The translations under genes were made by a program, and so were the position numbers. DNA of 64,000 bases from Anaerolineales bacterium UBA3499 (lineage in GTDB: Bacteria > Chloroflexota > Anaerolineae > Anaerolineales > UBA11657): NCBI GenBank assembly GCA_002377585.1, contig DFQC01000005.1, positions 11,715 to 75,714 of the forward strand, given 5' to 3'. The notes below the pieces were generated by a model. It saw only the letters and a program-made list of their open reading frames with translations. It was not told the DNA's origin and did not search any database. Positions 55,159 through 64,000 of the stretch are shown in pieces (within the stretch, counting starts at the first letter, position 1; each line of letters begins with the position of its first letter).

Positions 55159-56214
55159 ATGTTAGATGTAACACAAATTGAAAGCTTAGACTCTGACAAT
55201 ATGCTCGGACATATTGTCTCTCTTCCCAGCCAGATCACACAAGCATGGAATCATGGAATGAAATTACCATTGCCAGAGGTTAGTAATATTTCCAATATAG
55301 TGATACTAGGAATGGGAGGTTCAGCTATAGGAGGTTCACTACTACAAACACTTGTAGGACCCGAATGTAAAGTGCCAATAATATCTAACCGAGATTACGA
55401 AATACCATACTTTGTAGGCCCAAACAGTCTCGTAATAGCCTTATCTTATTCGGGCAACACTGAGGAAACCCTTACTGCTCTTGAATCAGCACAAAAACAG
55501 AACGCTCAAGTTGTTAGTATTTCCACCGGCGGACAAATATCCACATTAACTCAGAAAAACAATGGGTTGTCATGGGTTTATGATTATAAAAGTCAGCCAC
55601 GAGCAGCACTGGGTTACTCACTCATCCTTCCACTAGTATTGTTACATCGTCTAGGTTTAGCACGAGATTTTAGTGTCGACATAGCAGAAACACAAAACAT
55701 TCTGACTGATCAGAATAGTCAGTTAGGTGCACAGTCATCCTTAGCAACTAACCCTGCAAAACGTCTTGCTGGTCAGATGCTTGAAAGAATAATTTTAGTG
55801 TTTGCACCTGAGCCTCTGACACCTGTGGCACGCCGATGGCGTGGACAAATCGCCGAAAACAGCAAGGCATGGGCCCAATATGAAGAATTGCCAGAAATGA
55901 ACCATAACTCAGTAGTCGGTATTGAACAGCCCGAGTCATTTATTGACAAAACATTTGTATTGTTTATGAATTCACCCGCTGCACACCCACGCAACCAACT
56001 TCGCATTGACCTTACTCGCCAACTCTTCTTAGGGTCTGGATACAACACAGACTGCATTACTGCCCAAGGTAAATCTCGTATGGCACAAATGTTGTCCATG
56101 GTACATTACGGAGATTATGTAAGTCTCTATTTATCAATAGCATATGGCATTGATCCAACACCAGTACAAAATATTGCATGGTTAAAAGAAAATTTAGCAG
56201 AATCGTCAACGTAG
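55159..56214 (+). CDS. Bifunctional phosphoglucose/phosphomannose isomerase (SIS-domain, archaeal-type PGI/PMI)
   Basis: SIS motifs ILGMGGSAIGG and SYSGNTEET, C-terminal PGI/PMI-type domain. ATG at 55159 is preceded by GGAGG (55146-55150); the track ORF starts at a TTG at 55129. Confidence 0.75.
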   Translation: MLDVTQIESLDSDNMLGHIVSLPSQITQAWNHGMKLPLPEVSNISNIVILGMGGSAIGGSLLQTLVGPECKVPIISNRDYEIPYFVGPNSLVIALSYSGNTEETLTALESAQKQNAQVVSISTGGQISTLTQKNNGLSWVYDYKSQPRAALGYSLILPLVLLHRLGLARDFSVDIAETQNILTDQNSQLGAQSSLATNPAKRLAGQMLERIILVFAPEPLTPVARRWRGQIAENSKAWAQYEELPEMNHNSVVGIEQPESFIDKTFVLFMNSPAAHPRNQLRIDLTRQLFLGSGYNTDCITAQGKSRMAQMLSMVHYGDYVSLYLSIAYGIDPTPVQNIAWLKENLAESST

Positions 56215-56230
56215 ATCCGTTAGAATCAAC

Positions 56231-58558
56231 ATGACACTTGACCTAACTAGCTTACCGAAGATAGTTCGTCTGCAATTACGAATTAGACAATATCCCATTC
56301 TAGGCAAAGAAATCCGGAGAAAAATGCTGGATGAAATATTTCGTCGCGGAATCATAACTCCTGAGCAGATGGATAATGAGGTGCGTCAGAGATCTATCGA
56401 ATCCCAAGAATTAGACGGTCAGAACAAATCCCTAACGAAAGAGCCAGCTGAGATATGGAAAATACGCACAAGTCATGTACGCGATTATCTTACTGAGTTT
56501 TACTTTGCTTACAATCTACCAATGTATTTGTTCGATAACATCGTTAATACACTTGTTAAGAACCGTGCTGGTAATAAAAGCACAGTAAGCGACATAACAT
56601 ATAACCCCGAAATGGCTCCTTTAGACCTATTAATGGATCATGGCAAACAAATAGAGTCTCTAAACCCTGACGATCAACAGATATTTTCTCACCACTTGGC
56701 AGAAATAATAGTAGTAGCCATCAAGACAGTAGTCAGTGATAGACTGGAGTTTGTAGGTACCGCTAGGAAATGGTTCACAATTCAAGACCTGTTCAACATA
56801 CTTGACCGACGGATTGGCACAGGAAAAATAGGTGGCAAAGCAGCAGGTATTGAGCTAGCAAAAATTATGATGCAAGGCGACAACCAACTTGCTAGCGAGA
56901 TCAGTACACCTCAGTCGTATTTTGTTGCTACAGATGTATTTGATCAATTCAAAGACACAAATGAACTCACGTGGGTTATGAACCAAAAATATAGATCGGC
57001 AGATGAGATTAGAGAACTGTATCCTACAATTAAAGATAGGTTTAATGCTGGTTCGTTCCCAAATGACATTACTCAAGAACTACAAGATCTACTACAACGC
57101 CACAAAGGACAACCCATAATAGTAAGGTCATCCAGCCTATTAGAAGACTCTTATGGAACCTCCTTTGCAGGAAAATATCACAGCTATTTTTGCGCAAACC
57201 AAGCAAACGCCTCGGAAAACTTAGATTCACTGTCTAAAGCGATATCCAAAATATATGCGAGTGTTTATAGTCCAGATGCGCTGCTCTATCGAAAGAAAAT
57301 GGGATTATTAGATTACGACGAACGTATGGCAATACTAATCCAAGTAGTGGAGGGTGACATACATGGTAATTGGTATTATCCGCCAATTGCTGGAGTTGCT
57401 TTTAGCCAGAACCAATACCGGTGGACACCTCGCATTAATCCAGACGATGGATTAGTTCGTATGGTGTGTGGTCTTGGGACTCGCGCAGTGAACCAAACAA
57501 CGGACTATGCACGAATGATCGCATTAAGTCACCCCAACATTCGCCCGGAGTCGGGAGCTAACGCTATACAACATTACTCACAGAAAAAAATTGATGTTAT
57601 TAATTTGAAGACTAATAGTTTCGAAACTCAATCAATAACAAAAATACTACATGGGAAACTTAAATGGTTAAGGCTTGTAGCTATGCAAATCGCCGATGAT
57701 TATCTCAGCAAACTAATCACAATAAGTCCAAACATTGATTCTAAAACACTGGTGTTGACCTTTGACCAGCTGTTAGAACAAACCAATTTTGTTTCGCAAA
57801 TCAAGAGAATGCTACAGTATCTATCTAGACACTATAATGCAGCAGTAGATATTGAGTTCACCACCAAAATTGAATATAAGGAAAATAAACCAATAGCATC
57901 AATCTGTCTAGTGCAATGCAGACCACAAAGTCTTCGTACCGAAAATTCACCTGTAACAATACCGGCCGACCTACATAAAACACAAATCGTATTCAAATCT
58001 CACGGCATGGTCCAAGATGCACAGGTAGACAAAATAAGATTTGTAGTAATTGTACCAATCAGCGCATACGACTCCATTACAGATCCCACCCGAAAAACTC
58101 AAGTCGCTAGAATAATCGGACGACTCAACCACACACTGCGAGAAGAGAGATTTGTGCTAATCGGACCACACCGATGGGGGAGCAGCAACCCAGACTTAGG
58201 GGTCAAGGTGACTTATGCAGATGTGCACAACACTAAGATGCTAATTGAGCTGGTACCAGACAGTGGACGCAAGACAAGTGAACCATCATATGGAACTCAT
58301 TTTTTTCAAGATCTGGTTGAAGCTAACATATATCCACTAGCGATTAATCTAACACAAGATGAAGCTTACTTTGATGAATCAATGTTTAGCGATTCTCCAA
58401 ACTTGCTTGCCAAACTTAGCCCCAAAGATGCAAGCTATGCTGATTTAGTCAAAATATATGATATTCAAGAAATTACTAATGGCAACACACTAAGTGTAGT
58501 AATGGTCTCAAGCACGGAAAAATCAGTGGGGTTCATAAGTAATACTAACAAGAAGTAA
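56231..58558 (+). CDS. PEP/pyruvate-binding (PPDK_N ATP-grasp) domain protein without recognisable phosphohistidine swivel domain
   Basis: 775-aa ORF; central GGKAAG...IVRSSSLLEDSYGTSFAGKYHSY resembles the nucleotide-binding domain of PEP synthase/PPDK; C-terminus GPHRWGSSNPDLGV...SYGTHFFQDLVE. Confidence 0.6.
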   Translation: MTLDLTSLPKIVRLQLRIRQYPILGKEIRRKMLDEIFRRGIITPEQMDNEVRQRSIESQELDGQNKSLTKEPAEIWKIRTSHVRDYLTEFYFAYNLPMYLFDNIVNTLVKNRAGNKSTVSDITYNPEMAPLDLLMDHGKQIESLNPDDQQIFSHHLAEIIVVAIKTVVSDRLEFVGTARKWFTIQDLFNILDRRIGTGKIGGKAAGIELAKIMMQGDNQLASEISTPQSYFVATDVFDQFKDTNELTWVMNQKYRSADEIRELYPTIKDRFNAGSFPNDITQELQDLLQRHKGQPIIVRSSSLLEDSYGTSFAGKYHSYFCANQANASENLDSLSKAISKIYASVYSPDALLYRKKMGLLDYDERMAILIQVVEGDIHGNWYYPPIAGVAFSQNQYRWTPRINPDDGLVRMVCGLGTRAVNQTTDYARMIALSHPNIRPESGANAIQHYSQKKIDVINLKTNSFETQSITKILHGKLKWLRLVAMQIADDYLSKLITISPNIDSKTLVLTFDQLLEQTNFVSQIKRMLQYLSRHYNAAVDIEFTTKIEYKENKPIASICLVQCRPQSLRTENSPVTIPADLHKTQIVFKSHGMVQDAQVDKIRFVVIVPISAYDSITDPTRKTQVARIIGRLNHTLREERFVLIGPHRWGSSNPDLGVKVTYADVHNTKMLIELVPDSGRKTSEPSYGTHFFQDLVEANIYPLAINLTQDEAYFDESMFSDSPNLLAKLSPKDASYADLVKIYDIQEITNGNTLSVVMVSSTEKSVGFISNTNKK

Positions 58559-58608
58559 ATTGTGTTATGTAACTACTTTTATAGGAACAAACTAAACAAT
58601 ACAACCTA

Positions 58609-59550
58609 ATGTCAGCTTCTAATAGTACAAACAGGATAGTAACAATATATACTGATGGTGCCTGTGATCCAAATCCCGGACCAGGAGGATGGGCGGCAAT
58701 ACTCCTGTTTGGTACACACAGAAAAGAAATTTACGGTAATGTAGAAAAGACCACCAATAACCGTATGGAACTTCAAGCAACCATAGAGGCTTTACGTTAC
58801 CTTAAATCATCCTCTGTGGTTGAACTATACACTGATTCAGAATACATCCAAAAAGGAATTACTAAATGGATGACTATGTGGCAAGCACGAGGCTGGCGTA
58901 CAAGCAAGAAGCGACCAGTTGCAAATCAGGATCTTTGGCTAGAACTAGTCAGTGTAATGAAACAACATGAAGTAGTTTGGAAGTGGGTGAAAGGACACTC
59001 GGGAAACCCTCTAAATGAAGAGGTTGATACCTTAGCACGAAAATCTATATCGAGTATTAACCAAAACAACGTGGGTGATTCAATTCGTGCATTTACCGGT
59101 GCTTCTTGTATAGGGACTACAGGTCCAGGGGGGTGGACAGTATTATTGCTTCAAAACCAAGCAGTAAAAGTACTTTCAGGACAAGAGAAAATAACTACAG
59201 CCAATAGAATGCAACTCTTCTCCGCAGCACAAGCGATGAAGTCAGCACCAATTGCCAAACCCCTAGATATCTACACTACATCAAAGTATGTGCATCAAGG
59301 AGCTAGTAACTGGTTATCTAATTGGAGAACACAAGACTGGAAAACAAAATCAGGTGATACTGTAAAAAACCTGGATATGTGGAAACCCATCTCGCTAGAT
59401 ATTGACAGACTAGACATAAATTGGCACCTATGTAGCTCCAATAAGCCCATACCAGAAATGGACGCAGCACATTATCTGGCTAAAAATGCAGCATTAGGCA
59501 GTACCAACGATGAACTTAGAAAGTTGCTCGAGACCAAATATCAAATATAA
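58609..59550 (+). CDS. rnhA: Tandem RNase H type 1: intact N-terminal domain plus degenerate C-terminal copy
   Basis: 313-aa ORF. Domain 1 has D16 (YTDGAC), E54 (NNRMEL), D76 (YTDSEY), H130, D140. The homologous domain 2 (from ~59080) reads FTGASC, ANRMQL, YTTSKY. Confidence 0.8.
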   Translation: MSASNSTNRIVTIYTDGACDPNPGPGGWAAILLFGTHRKEIYGNVEKTTNNRMELQATIEALRYLKSSSVVELYTDSEYIQKGITKWMTMWQARGWRTSKKRPVANQDLWLELVSVMKQHEVVWKWVKGHSGNPLNEEVDTLARKSISSINQNNVGDSIRAFTGASCIGTTGPGGWTVLLLQNQAVKVLSGQEKITTANRMQLFSAAQAMKSAPIAKPLDIYTTSKYVHQGASNWLSNWRTQDWKTKSGDTVKNLDMWKPISLDIDRLDINWHLCSSNKPIPEMDAAHYLAKNAALGSTNDELRKLLETKYQI

Positions 59551-59561
59551 CCCCTTTTCTA

Positions 59562-60074
59562 TTAATTGGACATTTGTCTTTTGCCCACAATCTGAACGAA
59601 TGTTTTTTGGAGCTTTATGTATGTTACGCCAATTTCCTCAGGTAATACACGCGTCTCAGCAATGCTGGTCATAAAATTGGTGTCGCCAGACCACCTAGGT
59701 AAGACATGCGTATGCACATGATCTGGAACTCCTGCGCCAGCTGCTGAACCCATATTGACACCAATATTAAACCCATCAGGATTATATTCACATCGTAATG
59801 TTTTCACACACACCTGAGTTATAACAGCTAATTCTGTAACAGCAGCCTCTGACAACTCATCTATAGATGACAAATGTGCTATAGGAGCAATTAACAAATG
59901 TCCATTACTATAGGGATACTTATTTAGCATCACGAAAGTATGATCGCCTTTATAGATAATTAAATTTTCTACAGATGGCGCCTTATCAATGTTTATACAA
60001 AATAAACATCCTGTCACTGGATCAACATCCCCACGAAGATAGTCCATACGCCAAGGTGCCCACAATGTCTTCAT
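59562..60074 (-). CDS. HIT-family nucleotide hydrolase/phosphorylase (Ap4A phosphorylase-like)
   Basis: 170-aa ORF; N-terminus LWAPWRMDYL and histidine triad HVHTHVLPRW. Confidence 0.75.
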   Translation of the reverse strand: MKTLWAPWRMDYLRGDVDPVTGCLFCINIDKAPSVENLIIYKGDHTFVMLNKYPYSNGHLLIAPIAHLSSIDELSEAAVTELAVITQVCVKTLRCEYNPDGFNIGVNMGSAAGAGVPDHVHTHVLPRWSGDTNFMTSIAETRVLPEEIGVTYIKLQKTFVQIVGKRQMSN

Positions 60075-60137
60075 TATTTAACATTCTACCAGTTTCAAAC
60101 CATTTGACGTGCACAAATAGACCTTTAGAATATAGAT

Positions 60138-60932
60138 ATGAACTATAGAGACACTTTTTCATACACAACCATTTCTGAATCGCTAGTCGATGAACACTTC
60201 GGTCGTCCACTGTATTACTACAATACAATTGGCTCGACAAACATCGAGGCTAAAATCCTGGCAACAAGTGGATCTCCAGAAGGCACACTAATAGTAGCCG
60301 ATGAACAAACAGCAGGACGGGGTCGTTTTAATCGCCATTGGTCAACGCCTAAAGGTAGTGGCCTAGCTGTCAGCTTCATACTTAAATCTAGACTGTCAAA
60401 CCCTCAGATTAGCCAAATGCCAATGCTTGGCAGTCTAGCAACCGCATACGCAATTGAACAGTTATGCAATACGTCCCCTCAACTTAAATGGCCTAATGAC
60501 GTCTGGATTGAACAGAAAAAAATTGCTGGGATATTAGTAGAAACAAGTTATACCAAAAACTTACCTGAGTGGCTAATATTGGGTATAGGCGTCAATGTAA
60601 ATTCTGCACCTCTGAAAGTTACGAACCCTTATTACGATACATCATGCTTAGCAGACATAATAGGACATAAAGTTGATCGGGTAAATCTTCTACAGCGATT
60701 GGTGCACAATGTGGGATTGCTATACAACAAATTGGAAAAAAACTCTATCAGAAAGGAGTGGCAGAAGCGTATGCTCTGGAAAAATCAACACATAGAAGTT
60801 ATTGATTCCGACCAAAACCCAATTGAAGGTATAGCTTTAGGTATAGAACCAAACGGAGCTCTACTCTTACAACTACTCAGCGGAGAACATGTCAACATTT
60901 ACAGTGGAGAAATAAGATTGAGGTCAAACTAG
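60138..60932 (+). CDS. birA: Biotin--[acetyl-CoA-carboxylase] ligase (class I, no HTH domain)
   Basis: 264-aa ORF; GRGRFNRHWSTPKG biotin/ATP loop, KWPNDV, C-terminal SH3-like tail. Confidence 0.8.
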   Translation: MNYRDTFSYTTISESLVDEHFGRPLYYYNTIGSTNIEAKILATSGSPEGTLIVADEQTAGRGRFNRHWSTPKGSGLAVSFILKSRLSNPQISQMPMLGSLATAYAIEQLCNTSPQLKWPNDVWIEQKKIAGILVETSYTKNLPEWLILGIGVNVNSAPLKVTNPYYDTSCLADIIGHKVDRVNLLQRLVHNVGLLYNKLEKNSIRKEWQKRMLWKNQHIEVIDSDQNPIEGIALGIEPNGALLLQLLSGEHVNIYSGEIRLRSN

Positions 60933-61042
60933 CGCATCGAATATCTTAGGTGTGAATTTGCCAGGATTTTGTACGTAAAATTTTGCCAATTACATGATGA
61001 CATTGTACACTCATTCCAAATATAGATAAGGAACAACAATTA

Positions 61043-62161
61043 ATGAACAATGAATACCAATTCATCAAAGAAATACGTGAGCAACCGCACAAGATTTCCG
61101 AGAGCTTAATGCATGCAGACGAGAATCTCAAAGATATCGCTGAACGTTACTCACAAATAATTGACCGTGTAATCATGGTTGGATGTGGAGACCCTTACAT
61201 GCTCGGTATCGGAGCCACATACGCATTTGAAAAATGGGCACAATTACCATCTGAGTCAATAGAAGCAGCAGAGTTTGTCAGTTATCGCCACAACTTAATA
61301 AATGAACGCACATTAGTAATTCTGATATCATCATCCGGTAAAACCGTTAAGGTAATTGATGCAGCTCGCCTAGCGGCACAAAAAGGGGCTCCAAGATTCT
61401 CGCTAACTAACCTTAATCCAAGTCCAATAACCGATGAAACTGATGAGGTGATTCACACGCAAGCCGGATGGTCCGATTCGTTTCCAACCAAGCAAACCAC
61501 CACTGCACTGGCGAACCTATATGCACTAGCATTACATATGGCTGAAGCTCGAAAAACTTATTCCGATCAGCACATTGCTATGCTGCGACAGGAACTTTAT
61601 TCTGATATACCCAATGCAATTGCTGAATCACTCAAACTAGAGTCTCAAATGAAAGAACTAGCTGAAAATCTGATTACGGCGCCTATCTACACTTTCATTG
61701 GATCGGGACCCAACTGGCCAACAGCACAACTGGCAGCCGCTAAAATGAAAGAGACCAGTCAGAGTCGTGCTGAATCCACTAATCTGGAGGAATATGCTCA
61801 TCTTCATGCTCTATCATTAAGTGACGATGACCCTGTATTCGTTATAACGCGACCCGGAGATATCGGAGAGCGCGATAGACTAGTAAGTCAACACGTCAAA
61901 ACCAATCATGGCCAAATCATCGTCATTGGTACTGCACAAGATAAAGAATTGTGGACAGACTTGGAAGCTAAATATTACACCGTGCCTGAACATAGTGAAA
62001 TGTTTGGACCTCTGGTTGCTTGGATTCCCCTACAACTGTTTGCATACTTTACTGCAATAGCAAAGAATCGTAACCCTGATAGACCACCAGAGCGGGGTCC
62101 AATGGACTTTTTGCAAAAAATTATTTACACAAGCATGCTAGAAGGCTGGTTTGATCGTTAA
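61043..62161 (+). CDS. Double-SIS-domain sugar-phosphate isomerase/deglycase (GlmS isomerase-domain/FrlB-like)
   Basis: 372-aa ORF; starts IKEIREQP like the GlmS isomerase domain, no glutaminase domain, two SIS repeats (ISSSGKT). Confidence 0.7.
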   Translation: MNNEYQFIKEIREQPHKISESLMHADENLKDIAERYSQIIDRVIMVGCGDPYMLGIGATYAFEKWAQLPSESIEAAEFVSYRHNLINERTLVILISSSGKTVKVIDAARLAAQKGAPRFSLTNLNPSPITDETDEVIHTQAGWSDSFPTKQTTTALANLYALALHMAEARKTYSDQHIAMLRQELYSDIPNAIAESLKLESQMKELAENLITAPIYTFIGSGPNWPTAQLAAAKMKETSQSRAESTNLEEYAHLHALSLSDDDPVFVITRPGDIGERDRLVSQHVKTNHGQIIVIGTAQDKELWTDLEAKYYTVPEHSEMFGPLVAWIPLQLFAYFTAIAKNRNPDRPPERGPMDFLQKIIYTSMLEGWFDR

Positions 62162-62181
62162 TGTTAGAAAGACAATAAATT

Positions 62182-63126
62182 ATGTCAGCATCACAAGAGT
62201 TTGACTTAGTTGCATTAGGATGTACTACTCTCGAATTACTGTCCTGGGTTGATAGATATCCAGGAGCTAGTGATGGAATTCACACGGACAAACAATTGTG
62301 GACCGGTGGCGGCATGAGTGGCAACCTAGCTCATGCCGTAGCTCAACTGGGAGGACAAGTAGCATTACTAGCTGCAACTGGAAGTGATAGTATCGGGGAT
62401 AGAATGATAGACCAACTAAGGGTAGCAGGAGTCAATGTTGAATATCTCTTGAGAAGAGACAACACTTTGTCACAACTAACTGTACTCATGGTAACTTCTG
62501 ATTTAAAACGAGCCGGCCTAGTAATAACTTTACCGGCAGATTTACAGATCAAATCTTCCGAGATTCCAGATGATCTTCTGAAATCTGCTAGGGTATTCTT
62601 CACTGACATGGATCCAGCAAACACCGCTATTGACGTATCTGGTCGAGCAAAGGCATTAGGTATTCCAGTAGCATATGATCTACAAATGGCCCCTGAACGC
62701 ATAAACATCCCAGAGCATGCCAGAAACATCAACAAAATGCTTGATTTGTCAGACTATCTATTTGCAGACGAAGAAAATTTTCTTATGTGGGGAAATTATT
62801 CTGACCTGTCTACAGCAATCTCTGAAGTTTTGCACAAACACCCCGAAATGACTTTGCTTATTACTCAAGGTTCGGACGGTTCAGTAGTAGCAACGCAAAA
62901 ACAAACCATCGAAATAAATGCGTTTCCTATAGATGTAGTGGACTCTATAGGAGCAGGAGACGCATATCATGCCACCTTTTTGTATACCCATATTGCACTA
63001 GGTTGGTCTGTAAAAAAAGCTTGTATATATGGATCAGCGGCAGCATCTCTATCATGCACAAAAGCCGGCGCAAGAGATGGTCTACCTACTCTTGAAGAAA
63101 TAGATTATTTTGTAAATAGATCTTAA
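62182..63126 (+). CDS. PfkB-family carbohydrate kinase
   Basis: 314-aa ORF; ribokinase-fold motifs GGGMSGN and DSIGAGDAY. Confidence 0.75.
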   Translation: MSASQEFDLVALGCTTLELLSWVDRYPGASDGIHTDKQLWTGGGMSGNLAHAVAQLGGQVALLAATGSDSIGDRMIDQLRVAGVNVEYLLRRDNTLSQLTVLMVTSDLKRAGLVITLPADLQIKSSEIPDDLLKSARVFFTDMDPANTAIDVSGRAKALGIPVAYDLQMAPERINIPEHARNINKMLDLSDYLFADEENFLMWGNYSDLSTAISEVLHKHPEMTLLITQGSDGSVVATQKQTIEINAFPIDVVDSIGAGDAYHATFLYTHIALGWSVKKACIYGSAAASLSCTKAGARDGLPTLEEIDYFVNRS

Positions 63127-63216
63127 CATTAGAAGATTATGTTGCAACAAAATAGATGGTAGAATAATTACAATTCTGACTACTCCAATAGCTATAATTG
63201 AGGATTTTAAAAACCT

Positions 63217-63516
63217 ATGGCATCAACTATATCAACTAATGAAGTAGTGCGGATAGCACAACTTGCACGCCTGCATTTGACAAAAGATGAGATAAAGTCA
63301 TTCAGCAAGGACCTCTCCGAGATATTGAACTACATGCATCAGATTAACAAAGTAGATGTATCTAATGTCCGTCCAACTGACAATATGCTAGTCTCGAACA
63401 CAGTATTGAGACCGGATGTAGCCCAAGAATCTCTTTCTCTTGACCAACTACTCAACAACGCTACTGAAGTTAATAATGGCTATTTCAGTGTACCACCTAT
63501 ACTAGGTAAAGATTGA
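63217..63516 (+). CDS. gatC: Asp/Glu-tRNA(Asn/Gln) amidotransferase subunit C
   Basis: 99-aa ORF; typical GatC N-terminus (VVRIAQLARLHLTKDEI) and position upstream of gatA. Confidence 0.85.
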   Translation: MASTISTNEVVRIAQLARLHLTKDEIKSFSKDLSEILNYMHQINKVDVSNVRPTDNMLVSNTVLRPDVAQESLSLDQLLNNATEVNNGYFSVPPILGKD

Positions 63517-63546
63517 TACAGTGATATACAACAAATCTGCCAGAGA

Positions 63547-64000
63547 ATGTATGCTATGGACTTAGCTTTCCAATCCTTAGCCATGGTATCTGATTTGCTT
63601 AGTACTGGTGATATAACTAGTGTTGAACTAACTGAAGCATGTCTCACTCAAATTAATTCATCCGAGTCGAAATTAAACGCATTTGTAACTATAAGCTCTG
63701 ACTTAGCTATGCAGCAAGCAACCAATGCTGACATTACTTGGCAGAACTGGATAAATGGAAAGTCTAATAAAAAACCATCACCATTAAATGGTGTCCCCTT
63801 GGCTATAAAAGATGTTATCTGTGTTTCTAATATTGTTGCTACTGCCGGCTCAAAAATGCTAGAAGAATTTGTGCCGCCTTATGACTCAACCGCTAGTGAA
63901 CGTTTAAGAGATGCTGGTGCAATTTTTTTGGGGAAAACAAACACTGATGAGTTCGCAATGGGTTCCTCTACCGAAAACTCAGCATTTGGACCAACACACA
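63547..64000 (+). CDS. gatA: Glu-tRNA(Gln) amidotransferase subunit A (5' part; continues beyond the window)
   Basis: Hand-translated open frame from the ATG at 63547; GVPLAIKDVI...GKTNTDEFAMGSSTENSAFGPT matches the GatA amidase-signature N-terminal half. Confidence 0.85.
   Translation, partial: MYAMDLAFQSLAMVSDLLSTGDITSVELTEACLTQINSSESKLNAFVTISSDLAMQQATNADITWQNWINGKSNKKPSPLNGVPLAIKDVICVSNIVATAGSKMLEEFVPPYDSTASERLRDAGAIFLGKTNTDEFAMGSSTENSAFGPTH

Noticed and set aside
1-64000. CRISPR arrays, toxin-antitoxin pairs, restriction-modification or other defence systems, transposons and prophage genes
   Set aside because: No regularly spaced repeats and no nuclease/methylase/integrase/transposase-like ORFs were seen. 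All gaps are 240 nt or shorter and almost every ORF has a metabolic or housekeeping assignment.

Overview
Densely coding 64 kb chromosomal segment from a bacterium that looks moderately AT-rich by eye (base composition not computed). Gene content (MutS2, PT-rich anchored proteins, archaeal-type PGI/PMI, b6-type cytochrome b) loosely suggests a Chloroflexota-like lineage, but this is an unverified guess. I support about 60 CDS, one tRNA-Ser(CGA) and three intrinsic terminators. I see no transposase, integrase, CRISPR array or recognisable defence genes. Layout: (1) 0.1-9.9 kb, Moco and housekeeping genes (moaA, mutS2, metF, msrPQ, GT2, rsmI, PrsA-like). (2) 9.9-26.6 kb, a long minus-strand catabolic supercluster. 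It holds a split CoxLMS-type molybdenum hydroxylase interleaved with homologues of E. coli fdrA/ylbE(DUF1116)/ylbF(DUF2877), plus an amidase-signature enzyme, an internally duplicated cyclase-family hydrolase, a CodA-like amidohydrolase, a UraA-type permease, a beta-ureidopropionase-like CN-hydrolase and a class-III aminotransferase. This is the best candidate for an undescribed N-heterocycle (pyrimidine-type) ureide degradation route. (3) 28-32.6 kb, pyrimidine biosynthesis operon pyrC-pyrB-pyrF/E(fused)-pyrD. (4) 32.6-37.4 kb, glcDEF and xdhC. (5) 37.4-44 kb, proX-like, acs, a MoaD-like gene with a post-GG tail, a GT-C membrane protein, coxG and SPFH. (6) tRNA-Ser and rnd. (7) 45.5-55.1 kb, a Rieske / fused cytochrome b / diheme cytochrome c complex followed by a complete System I ccm cluster whose CcmE carries CxxxY instead of HxxxY. 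(8) 55.1-64 kb, PGI/PMI, a PPDK_N-domain protein, a tandem RNase H with a degenerate second domain, HIT, birA, a FrlB/FrlD-like pair and gatC-gatA (partial). All calls rest on motif and family recognition by eye from the supplied translations; no database search was run.
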